Program-made: the position numbers and the translations under genes
In this document: positions 38,948-50,396 of the stretch, in pieces
How the letters are laid out: every line of letters starts with the position of its first letter
How positions within the stretch are numbered: position 1 is the stretch's first letter
From: Macrostomum lignano
Lineage: Eukaryota
Length of the DNA stretch: 64,000 nt
NCBI GenBank assembly: GCA_002269645.1
Contig: NIVC01000896.1
Location: 279,487 to 343,486 of the forward strand
Reading direction: 5' to 3'
The notes under the pieces: generated by a model
Databases searched by the model: none
Told to the model about the DNA's origin: nothing
What the model saw: the letters and a program-made list of their open reading frames with translations, nothing else

Positions 38948-41168
38948 TATTTTTTTATCAGCCTGCGCGCAGCGAGAAACTTCACAGCCAATTTTAATGA
39001 TTGCGCCAGAGCCAACTGATAAGAAAATTCACTTTGCCCCACTGCCCAGATAATTACTCTATTTAACTTGCGTAACCAATTAAGGGGGGGGGGTATAATA
39101 AAAATTCTGGATGCTTCCAATATACTAAAAATCAAAACTATGTACCTACCTACCTACCTACCTATCTACCTATCTATAGGAACCTTCGTTTAACTTGACA
39201 TTGCGTGGTCGGAATTTCGTGGGGTTTGCTGCATTCGATGCGTATTGATGGTGCGCTGGTACACAAAATTTTGCTAAGAAATCGCTTCATTTTTTAGGGA
39301 TTAAATATTCGAAAAACTCGATTTTTGTCCCGTTTTTTTTTTAGTTTAAACAGTTTTTTTTCCGATTAAGAAGCGTTCTGACTGCCGATGGAATTGTATT
39401 GCATCATAACTCAGTGCCAACTATAGCATTGGTTCTCTACACTCGCGTGGAGAGCTACAAGCGTTGAAAGGTTGCGCAACACATTTTAGTTATTGAAATT
39501 GAGGGGCGGGTGTCGCTATTCAATTTGGCTTGGTTGTGAATTTCAATGCATCAACTTGCAGGCCTCTCACAGTAGCTGGCGCTGAATGTACACCTTATGA
39601 ATTTGAATGCTTTAAAGCAGGAATGTTGAATCGTTGTTTGTGCTTCGAGTTTTTCACTTTCAGAAGAGAGCCTTGTATTGCTGAAAAGAGCTAGGAACGC
39701 TGAGTTCGGGAATATAATTCATTTGCTGAGATTCGAAAAATGAAAAACACAGCATTAAAAAGAAAATTTCTATACTTTTTACTTAAAATGCTCATTGTAC
39801 ATCTCCAGTATCGCAAACCCCTACTTTATCACAACTCCACAATTCAAGCCAGCGCCATTTGATTTTTGATTTAGATCTAAAGTAGCAACCCCCCCTCCAC
39901 CGGCCCTGTCTGTCTGTGGGTATGTAACAGGTTATCTCCCAAAAGGCTCAACCGATTTTCTCCGTTTCTTCGCCAAAAGATGTCAAATGTGCCCGGGACG
40001 TTACATGTAATTTTATTAAGCTCTAGCTCAATGCTAAGGGGATTAAATATTCGAAAAACTGTTTTAAATGGCCTTTTTAGTGTATTTTTTTATCAGCCTG
40101 CGCGCAGCGAGAAACTTCACAGCCAATTTTAATGATTGCGCCAGAGCCAACTGATAAGAAAATTCACTTTGCCCCACTGCCCAGATAATTACTCTATTTA
40201 ACTTGCGTAACCAATTAAGGGGGGGTATAATAAAAATTCTGGATGCTTCCAATATACTAAAAATCAAAACTATGTACCTACCTACCTACCTACCTATCTA
40301 CCTATCTATAGGAACCTTCGTTTAACTTGACATTGCGTGGTCGGAATTTCGTGGGGTTTGCTGCATTCGATGCGTATTGATGGTGCGCTGGTACACAAAA
40401 TTTTGCTAAGAAATCGCTTCATTTTTTAGGGATTAAATATTCGAAAAACTCGATTTTTGTCCCGTTTTTTTTTTAGTTTAAACAGTTTTTTTCCGATTAA
40501 GAAGCGTTCTGACTGCCGATGGAATTGTATTGCATCATAACTCAGTGCCAACTATAGCATTGGTTCTCTACACTCGCGTGGAGAGCTACAAGCGTTGAAA
40601 GGTTGCGCAACACATTTTAGTTATTGAAATTGAGGGGCGGGTGTCGCTATTCAATTTGGCTTGGTTGTGAATTTCAATGCATCAACTTGCAGGCCTCTCA
40701 CAGTAGCTGGCGCTGAATGTACACCTTATGAATTTGAATGCTTTAAAGCAGGAATGTTGAATCGTTGTTTGTGCTTCGAGTTTTTCACTTTCAGAAGAGA
40801 GCCTTGTATTGCTGAAAAGAGCTAGGAACGCTGAGTTCGGGAATATAATTCATTTGCTGAGATTCGAAAAATGAAAAACACAGCATTAAAAAGAAAATTT
40901 CTATACTTTTTACTTAAAATGCTCATTGTACATCTCCAGTATCGCAAACCCCTACTTTATCACAACTCCACAATTCAAGCCAGCGCCATTTGATTTAGAT
41001 TTAGATTGCGTAACCATATTGTTCACTTTAATAGTTGAAACTGATATTGCCTGCCTGAGAAATTGATTATGTTATAACTTGCTTCGAGTGATTTCTACTC
41101 TATGCTTGGAGTTTTCAGTGTTGAATTATATATGTGCTACAATTCATGTTATCAAAACGATAATAAGT

Positions 41169-41220
41169 TAGCCTAGAGGTGAACAGACTGAACTGCTAAT
41201 GCAGCGACGTGGGTTCGAAT
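41169..41220 (+). pseudogene. tRNA-like fragment or SINE head
   Basis: A-box TAGCCTAGAGG and B-box GGTTCGAAT sit at tRNA spacing, but no acceptor stem can be formed. Confidence 0.35.
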
Positions 41221-41439
41221 TTTTAGAGTAAAAGTTTTTTATTAAAAAATTTTAACTTGAAAAAAACGTCCGGTAAATCAAGTAAAAGAGAAGAAGCTAC
41301 AAGCGTTCATGTAGTAGATTCAAATTTTTTATTAAACTTTGAATTTTGAAAAGGATTATTGCACTAGATAAGAAACTAATTATTGTACTAGCTGAGTAAA
41401 TTGTTTCACTGTCTTGCTTGGGTTACTTTCTATCAGGGG

Positions 41440-42200
41440 ATGCTTGCTATCAAAAGGACGCTTGCTCTTAGGGCATGCTTGATCGGGTGAGATTGCTAAG
41501 ATGTCAAGACATACTGGGGAATTATTCAGATATGCAGGCTTACTGGGGAATTACTGAGATTTCAAGCCTTAAAGGGACTTGCTGAGATGCCAAAGAAATT
41601 GCTGAGGTTTAAAGGCGTGGGGGAATTTCTGAGATGTCAGGCATTTGGACGGGGAGAAATTGCTAAGTTGTGAAGACCTACTGAGGAAATCACTGAGCCT
41701 TGACACCTCAGTTCATTCTCTCTTAAGCTTTGACATCTCAGCAATTCGCTCTCAAGGCTGAAGAGGGACTTTCTGAGATGCCAAGGCTTGGTGGGGGGAT
41801 TGCTGAGATGTTAAGGCTTGGGGGGATTTCTGAGATATAAAGGCTTAATAAGGGAACTGCTGGCGTCGGGGGGGGGAATTTCTAAAATGTCAAGGCTTGG
41901 GGGAATCGCTGAGATGTTAGGTTTTGGACGGGGAGAAATTGCTAAGATGTCAAGACTTACTGGGGGAATCACTGAGATATAAAGGCTTACTTGGAGGACT
42001 GCTGAGATGCCAAGGCTTACTGGGGGAATCACTGAGATATAAAGGCTTACTTGGAGGACTGCTGAGATGTCAAGTCTTGGCGGGGAAATTCCTAAAATTT
42101 CAAGTCTTGAGAGCGAATTGCTGAGATGTCAAAGCTTAAGAGAGAATTACTGAGGTCTCTAGGTTTGGGGGGAATTGTTGAGATGTCAAGTCTTGGGGGG
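41440..42200. repeat. Degenerate 27-bp satellite block, mostly reverse orientation
   Basis: Repeated GCTGAGATGTCAAG and GGGGGAATT units from the same family as 2580-3950. Confidence 0.85.
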
Positions 42201-44230
42201 GAATTCTGTGGATTGGGGATTCCTTCCATGAGGGCTGCTTCTAATGGATATCTTTAGATAGGTGATTCATTGGGAAATTACATCGATGCGGGGTTCTTTC
42301 GATGGAGGTTTCTTTGAATGGGGGATTCTATAGATGAAAGATTCTTTCGATAAAGGGATCCTTTGAATATGATGGGATTGTTTGGACGGGGATTCTTTAG
42401 ATGAGGGGATTCTTTAGCCCAGGATTTTATTGATGGGGGATTATTTGGACGGGGGATTCTTTGGATTCTTTGGATGGAGATTTTTTGGAGTATGATTCTT
42501 TGGATTATTTGGACGGGGTTCTTTAGATGAGGGGACTCTTTGGCCAATGCTTCTTTTGATGGAGGTTTATTGAGATGAGTGTATCTTTGCATTATTTTGA
42601 TCGGGATTCTGTGGATGGGGATTATTTGGATTGGGATTCTTTGGAGGGGGATTTTTCGGATATGGATGGAGGTCGGGGATTCTTTGGATATGAATCGATG
42701 GGGTGATTCTTTGTATAGGGATGGATGTGGGGATAGGGATGGATCGGGGGATAGGGATGGATGTGGGGATAGGGATGGATGGGGGGATAGGGATGGATCG
42801 GGGGGGTTCTTTGGATAGGGATGGATGGGGGATTCTTTGGATATGGATGGATGGGGGGATAGGGATGGATCGGGGGGATTCTTTGGATAGGGATGGATGG
42901 GGGATTCTTTGGATATGGATGGATGGGGGATTCTTAGGATAGGGATGGATGGGGGGATATGGATGGATCTGGGGAATTCTTTGGATAGGGATGGATGGGG
43001 GATTCTTTGGATATGGATGGATGGGGGATTCTTTGGATATGGATGGATGGGGGATTCTTTGGATATGGATGGATGGGGGATTCTTTGGAAATGGATGGAT
43101 GGGGGATTCTTTGGATATGGATGGATGGGGGATTCTTTGGATATGGATGGATGGGGGATTCTTTGGATATGGATGGATGGGGGTTCTTTGGATATGGATG
43201 GATGGGGGGTTCTTTGGATATGGATGGATGGGGGATTCTTTGGATATGGATGGATGGGGGATTCTTTGGCTAGGGGATTCTGTCGATGGGGGATTCATTG
43301 GAAGGGGAATTCTTCGGATCGGGGATTCTATCGATGGGGGTTCTTTGGATGGGGATTCTCTGCATGTAATATTCTATGGATGGGCAATTTTTCAGATAGG
43401 AGGAAGGAGGATTCATTCAATGGGGAATTCTTCGGATCGGGAATTCTATCGATGGGAGGTTTTTTTTGGATGGGGGCTTTTTGCATGTGAGATTCTTTGT
43501 ATCGTGGATTCTATGGGTGGTGGATTCTTTGAATGGGGGATTCTTTAAATTTGAGATTCAGTTGGGTGAAATTTTATTGCGTGGGAAAACTGTGGTTGGA
43601 GTTTGGACGGAAAGCCCCAACGGGGGTTGGAATTGGCTAGCTGAGGAAATTGTTTCACTAATCTTGGTGGGGGTACTTTCTATCAGGGGATGCTTGCTCG
43701 GAAGAGAATTCTAAGATTTCAAGATTTACAGGGGATTTATTGAAATGCACGTATAAAATCTTACCTATTGGAATTAATGAGATGTGAAGGCTTAAGAGGG
43801 ACTTGCTGAGATTATTTAGATGGGAGATCTATGGATTATTTAGATGGGAGATCTATGGATTATTTAGATGGGAGATCTATGGATTATTTAGATGGGAGAT
43901 CTATGGTTTATTTAGATGGGGATTATGATGTGAATTATTTGGATGGGGATTTACTGGGGGGGATTCTTTGGATTTGGATGGATGGAGGATTCTTTATATT
44001 TGGATTCTGTGGATGAAGGATTCTTTGGATGGGGATTCTTTAGATAGGGGGCTTCTGTAGATCGGGGATTTCTTGAGTAGGGGATTCACTGAATGGGAAT
44101 TATTCGGATCGGTGATTCTATCGATGGGGGTTCTTTGGATGGGGATTCTTTGCATCGGGGATTTTGGGGATGGGGAAAACTGTGGTTGGAGTTTGGACGG
44201 AAAGCCCCAACGGGGGTTGGGATTGGCTAG
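42200..44230. repeat. GGAT-rich satellite (GGGGATTCTTTGGATATGGATGGATG)n with a 24-bp sub-array at 43808-43925
   Basis: Strongly strand-asymmetric tandem repeats. They explain the Gly/Trp- and Pro/His-rich pseudo-ORFs. Confidence 0.9.
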
Positions 44231-45017
44231 TAGCTACTATAAATAATATACTAACTCATCTGATGATGAGTTAGTAAAAAAATTGTTCTGGCACTGGAGC
44301 AGTTTTAGCTATTTTTGGTTCTATTTACGAACTTTCTGTCGAAAAACCGCACAAAAATGATTTATTTTCCTTTTTTATCGCCGTTGATCGTGCAAATTCA
44401 GGATCATAAAATTCACGGTATTTAAGCTACGCTCGTATTTATAGTGTTGCTACAATACGAATTCAATTAGCAGTTAGGTTTCAGTTGGGTTTAAACATTG
44501 CTTGCATCGGAAATTTATCTTGTACACTTTTTATCCAGATGCTTTAAATGCAACGCAGCTTAGCGTCATTGAACTGTTTTGTTTTGCTATCAAATTCAAT
44601 TTGCTGTCTTATGCCATCATCTGATAAAAGCTGCAAAGAAACAAAAGAATATTAAAACAGAGTTAAAGCAATTTTTTGCTTGACTTTGTGTCAATTTTGC
44701 TTTTTGAAAGATACTACTGAGTAGGGAGTGGCTAATGAGCTAATTTTTTCAAACATAACTTTTTTGGTTTGCCAAAGACACTGCAAATGCGATGCGGAAA
44801 ACGTCATAGAGAGGGCAATTTTGTTTAGTAGTTAAGGGAATTTTCTGGAAGTCGTTGGATCTGAGCCAATCAGCAAAATGATTCCTGGGGAGAGAGCTAC
44901 GTCTGCACCGAGTACGGCAGCATAAAAAAGCGACAAAAAACCATCCATGCTGCATCAATTTCTTGAGGTAAATTCCAAACTCATTGCCACGCTGACGTTT
45001 AAAAAAGGTGCATAACT

Positions 45018-45848
45018 ATGCCGACGTCGAAAAAACTGATCATAGACTCCTGTAGAGCTTGCTTCGCTTCTATTCTGTCACTTGCCGCCGTTGCTGTCTT
45101 GGTGACGCCACCGCCTGCTGCCGAGGGACGCCCGGCCAATTTCACCTACTTAGGATGCTACATTGATTCGGTAGCTTTTGGAGCCAGAGACCTCGGCGGG
45201 CTGTTCCGTGTGTCGTACTTCGGTAGCGGAGAACATTCCATGTACGAATCCCATGGCGCGGCCTACAGCTGGTCAACCATGACTATTGAAAAGTGCAGCG
45301 CAATCTGCTCACTTGGAGGCTTCAAATATTTTGGTGTGCAGTACTATTGCTGCTGCTTCTGTTCGAACTCCTACGGCCGATACGGAATGGCTGCCAGCGA
45401 GAGCCGGTGCAACACGACATGCAGTGGAAATCACTCGCAGATATGTGGCGGCTTTGGAAGGAACTCAGTTTACGCCCTGACATATCCAAGTGGGTTCATT
45501 TCTACTAAGCCAACAATACGATTGGATCCATATTAGAATTTTTTAATTGTTAAGTATTGTTAATTTGATATCTCTGAAAAATCCTTTTCAGAAAGTCCAA
45601 AGTGCATCGGCTTTAAAAAGGCTCCAAGAAACTACATCGCCATTAGGGCACCCACATCCTACACCGACCCGCTCTACTGGACTGACCACGTGATGAGCAG
45701 CCTGGATTGCACGGCCAGGTGCAAAGCTGGTCAGTGCGAGGCTGTGCTGTTTGATGAGCGTCGACGGGCCTGTCACCTGTTGAGGTATCCGCTGATTCCT
45801 GATCCGGATCTGTATAACACGACCGGAGAGTTCTACGTTCGAGTGTGA
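45018..45848 (+). CDS. Secreted WSC-domain plus PAN/apple-like protein
   Basis: Exons 45018-45489 and 45592-45848 join in phase 1. A hydrophobic leader precedes the WSC domain (YLGCY..MTIEKC..C..FGVQY..CFC..C..C.G..ICGG). Exon 2 has the pattern C..RC...CEAVLFD...ACHL. Confidence 0.8.
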
Positions 45849-46924
45849 AGAACAAACATACGATAATTAATATTATTATTCGATCTTTTTGATAAAAAAT
45901 AAACCATGATGTGCTCTCACGGCGAGGCAATTGGCAGTTAAAGTTGAATTTGGCAGTTGGGACTATTGCGGAATTCGGTTCCTACATTGCTGATAATGCA
46001 GGATAGAGAAAACTCAGATTCATGTGTTCTTTATTTATTGTCGATCCAAAAACCTAGGTTTAGTCAATACGCGAATCTACGAGCTCAGTATATGAAGACA
46101 TTCACAATTCTGAAATAATTTATAAAGATCCTTCTTTGCCCCGACAGCAGCTCTACTGCAGTAGTCAAGTCTCTCCTATTTTTTCACCGCACCTCTCTGT
46201 TGGGGGAATATCTATTGTTTCCTTGTTCAAAGCATTTTCATCTCCTGCCTCAAAAATTGTTCCGCCCACCTGTCAGTTTCATTTTACAAGCTCCTAGACC
46301 AAGCTGTTTCTTGCCTGTCTTTTCACCTCTCATCCTTCTTGCCTCATTGTAAGAAGCAATGAGCACCCCTTCAAGTCTGGATTCTATGCAGTCTTGATGT
46401 AGTCTGCAATGGCATGAAAGCATTTTCATTTCATTGCATAGTACTCGTATATGCGTATAAGGGGCTGAGAATTTGGCAGAAGTCAAGGTTGAAACGTGGT
46501 GCGCTCATACGCTCGTACCACCCGGCTGCAACCATGCAACCATGACAATGCATGATTTTCTTGCTTCTTAACAAAAATTTCTAGATTGTCAAATAGCAGA
46601 ATTTTGTATGAAAGTCTATTGTTGCATGCCATCATTCAGGTAAAAAAATAATGGGAGCAAAACGGTTCTGAAAATTGCCAATCGCATTATATTTGAAGCA
46701 ATTGATACTTGCATTGCAGGGACATACCTGCTAGCTCGATCGTACTTGTTTGTTAGCCAGAAAAAAACTTTTTCACTGGTCTTAAGGCCAGTTATCTGTC
46801 ACCTATCGCATTCTGAATAGGTCCAAAGCCGTTTGAGATCTTTGTTGACCAATTAGGACACATTTGATTTGTTACTTCATTCCGATGCTAATGCAAGATT
46901 ATATACAAGGCTTAAGACAAAGGG

Positions 46925-47360
46925 GATGTCAACTTAAGCACCAGAATGGAGCCCGAAGTTCAGCTCCGGCCCAAACCGACTGCAATCGATAACTTGTCGG
47001 CCTAGACGACTAGAATCGCCGAGACATCCCATCCGGCTCCCTTCCTTGGGGTCCCAGGGGATAAAGGGGATAAAATGGGGATCTCATGTCAACTTAAGGC
47101 TCTGGAATGGAGCCCGAAGTTCAGCTCCGGCCCAAACCGACTGCAATCGATAACTTGTCGGCCCAGATGACTAGCATCGCCGAGACATCCCATCCGGCTC
47201 CCTTCCTTGGGGTCCCAGGGGATAAAGGGGATAAAATGGGGATCTCATGTCAACTTAAGGCTCTGGAATGGAGCCCGAAGTTCAGCTCCGGCCCAAACCG
47301 ACTGCAATCGATAACTTGTCGGCCTAGACGACTAGAATCGCCGAGATATCCCATCCGGTT
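46925..47360. repeat. ~160-bp tandem repeat, ~2.7 copies
   Basis: CAACTTAAG starts units at 46930, 47090 and 47251. Confidence 0.9.
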
Positions 47361-47666
47361 TCAAGTGACGAAGCTCTATTCAATTCGAATATCGCATTAG
47401 CGGGTGTATTTTATTTCAGCTATTATATATTGTTTGCATTGTAATATTTCCGTCGTTTATTTTTTCCGAATTTTAGAAAATGTTTTCGCGGTTTTGATTT
47501 GACCACTTTAGGCGAGAGATTTTAGATACTGTGCGTCAAGTATTTGTAGCAATATTTTAAGTGATATATTTTAAGTGATATATTAATGAAGTTTTGGTCA
47601 GTTTTTCTTTCTTAGTTTTATGACAGGTGCAGATTTGTTGCAGATTGCGTTTTATACTTGCTAGTA

Positions 47667-49505
47667 ATGTCCGATTTTACTTGCTCTTAATGTGGTCATC
47701 AATTCAGCAAAGCAGCCAATTTGAACCGACATCTCGAAACGACTAGATGTGGTCGCTGCTCATCTGAATCGTCTGGAGCCTTCGCGCCTCCGAGAAACGC
47801 ACGAGAGGCGCTTCAGTTTCTTGCGGTCGGTGGTAAGTATGTGAAAGTTTTTTTGAACCCAAACCTTTTTCCACGAACCGCAAATGAGAAGGAGTTCAAA
47901 CGTATTTGCGGTCTTAGTTATAGTGATTTCGATAGCTTCTCAGAAATGTTACCAGAAGTATCTCGCCTTCGTATTTTGACAAAGCCGTCTCGAATATTTT
48001 TGTACCTGAAGAAGCTTCGCCAAGGTTGCAGCTTTCAATCATTAGCTTTCAATTTCAACATTTCTGCCCAAAGAGCATGCGACATTTTTAGGGAGATTGC
48101 CAAGGAGCAGTACCTACGGGATCCATATCAACCGAGGTCGATAGCGTCGACTCCGATTCAGACTCTGCTTGAGGAAAATGTAGTACGCGATCAATTTATT
48201 CTCGGTGTATTTCACACACTACTCAAAGGCAAGAAGCTTGTTCTTCTAGTGGGTGATCATACTTACTTTTATCTCCCTAAGAGCAGCTCACACCACACGA
48301 AAATTCGAACTTACTTTTCCGGCAAGAAAATGAATGTGAACAAAAAATGGCGGTTGTCAACAGTAGAGGAAAAGTTATCTACACCGCTCCCCTTACCGCC
48401 GCTATCTCGCCAACAATGGGCGATGGGAATTTGACTGCAATGCAAGTTGACATGGAGGCTGAAGGACTAATAGAGCCCACTTTGTTGCGCATTCTATGCT
48501 CTGTACAGAAAGATTATCACGGTATTGGCATTTTCGACAAAGGTTACAGCCACCAGCTTTGTTCACCAACTTCGGTTAACTTCCGCGACTTTATAGAGAC
48601 TAATAGTAAAGGCTGCACGACGCTTCTATTTCCGACCAGTCCAGGTGACCGAGTTCTAAACGAGCAGTTTGAATTTGTAAATAATGAGGCTCCTGTTGGT
48701 GACCGATCAATACCAGGAAAGCTTACATCAATCGAAGCAAATACAAGTCGCTGGGCTACGCTTTTCCGTTATCTCGTAGAATGTAGCTTTGCTGCAATCA
48801 AGCAAGACAAATGCATAAATGAGCGACAGGAGCCGTACCAATGGCTACATGCCCCAGAGTTTACCGAACGCAGCCGGTTCGGTGTTGTTATTGAAAACCC
48901 CATGGCAAAATTCAACCGTTCGCATCCAGGATTTCAAGCTACAAGGAGTCTGCCGCCGTCATGGTCAGATTGCTCCATGTTCGAATATGGACGGAACTTT
49001 GCTAAACGTCTTTTCATTGCGAATGAGCTAGACGAAATTGAGCAACTTGAGTACAATTGCGATTTGACTCGAATACCAACGAGTTCTACCCGAAAATGGA
49101 CAGCAGTGGATCCCCTGGACCCTGAAAGTTCAGGGTTCCCCAGCGTTGACGAAAGAAATCTGGAAGAGCTTAGCATCGGCCCATACCACGTTCTTCAGTC
49201 AAAACGCTACATCGAAAACGTCAGAGTTCATGAGGTGCTCAGTAGCTACGCTGGAGACTCGTGGCGCGATTTCGAATTGTTGATTTCTGAACTGCCAAGC
49301 CATTTAAAATGCTGGAAGTTTCATCAGCGAGCGCCACCAAAGGGGTGGAGCAGTAAGTTTGGAGAATGGAGGCCATCTTGGATATATTTAGCCGTTCTTC
49401 ATTCCCGTCATCGGTCAAAAACTTACCGAGTTGTCCTTCGTGTTTGCGAAACTGCAAGCGGTAACCGATTCGGATTTCGTGACTCATGGCTGCTGCGTCT
49501 GCATG
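47667..49505 (+). mobile_element. ISL2EU/Harbinger-like DDE transposase, disrupted and cut off by the Polinton
   Basis: N-terminal C2H2 finger (C.*CGHQF..NL.RH, stop at 47688), HTH (LRQGCSFQSLAFNFNIS), GDHTYFYLPKSS..FSGKK, IFDKGY and RYLVECSF. Frameshift near 48340. The reading frame runs into AGTAGT at 49506. Confidence 0.65.
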
Positions 49506-49830
49506 AGTAGTATAGAAAAAGACGCTTCTAGACCCAGAGCACTTTTTTAATGACCGTTTTAAGGGTCTAGAGGGGGGACACGGGGGGTAAATAAAAAAAC
49601 ACATCTAAACACCCTTAACACATCTAATCACCCATAATCACCCCTAACAATAAAAATCACTTCCCAACACTTCCAAACACTCCCCAACACCCCCCTCGCG
49701 TCCCCCCTCTTAAGACCTTACAAACGGTCATTAAAATAAGGTCTGATCTAGAAGCGTCTTTTTCTATACTACTACTCTATAACCCCTTGCCCGCGCCGCA
49801 GGCGCGAAGGGTCTTTTTCTGTTACTAAAA

Positions 49831-50145
49831 ATGACCCGAGTTTACACCTTTTCTGTTAGTGATACTTTTGAGACTGTTGCTAAAAATGCAGAGATAATAA
49901 AACAACATATTTTGAATGGAATAATTGATGAAGTTTATTTAAAATATGACGACAAGCACGACCTAAAACTTTATCCATTAGAGCTAGATGAGATGTATGA
50001 TTTAGAACAAGAGGGTGAGTTAATATTTCAACTTGGAGATTATTTAAATTCGGATGATTGGGAGGTTAGATCAACAGATTCCGAATCAACAAATAGTTCA
50101 TATGAAACCAGTGATTCAGAGAATGAAAGTGAAATTTTTATGTGA
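49831..50145 (+). CDS. Small acidic viral hypothetical protein
   Basis: 104-aa ORF with an AAAATG start and a D/E/S-rich tail. Confidence 0.55.
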   Translation: MTRVYTFSVSDTFETVAKNAEIIKQHILNGIIDEVYLKYDDKHDLKLYPLELDEMYDLEQEGELIFQLGDYLNSDDWEVRSTDSESTNSSYETSDSENESEIFM

Positions 50146-50161
50146 AAAAAATATTTAAAAA

Positions 50162-50386
50162 ATGAACTATTATTCTATAACAGAAACGACATTTATTGTG
50201 AAAAATATATATAAAAAAATGAAGGTAAACTATTCCTACATCGGAAATGTGCCGATTAATGAACTTAATGAAAATTTAAGTTTGATAACAGTTGAACAAA
50301 TGTCAATAATAATATTAGTAACAATTATAGTAATAATATTGTTTTTGTTTGTTATAAAAAATTTACTACCATGTTGTCTTAAGTAA
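50162..50386 (+). CDS. Small viral membrane protein
   Basis: 74 aa with a single hydrophobic segment (IIILVTIIVIILFLFVI) and an AAAATG start. Confidence 0.55.
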   Translation: MNYYSITETTFIVKNIYKKMKVNYSYIGNVPINELNENLSLITVEQMSIIILVTIIVIILFLFVIKNLLPCCLK

Positions 50387-50396
50387 CTGTTTGAAC

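Larger units (their letters stand above)
37081..41005. repeat. Tandem dimer of a ~1.13-kb interspersed element (possibly Helentron/HINE-like); copy 1 is split by the Tc1
   Basis: Units start at 37081 and 39875 (ATCTAAAGTAGCAACCCCCC) and are near identical, each with CTGTCTGTCTGT and (CCTA)n tracts. The family assignment is inference. Confidence 0.7.

Noticed and set aside
44249-44276. Perfect 12-bp hairpin containing CTGATGA (hammerhead core)
   Set aside because: No stem II followed by GAAA and no three-way junction could be built.
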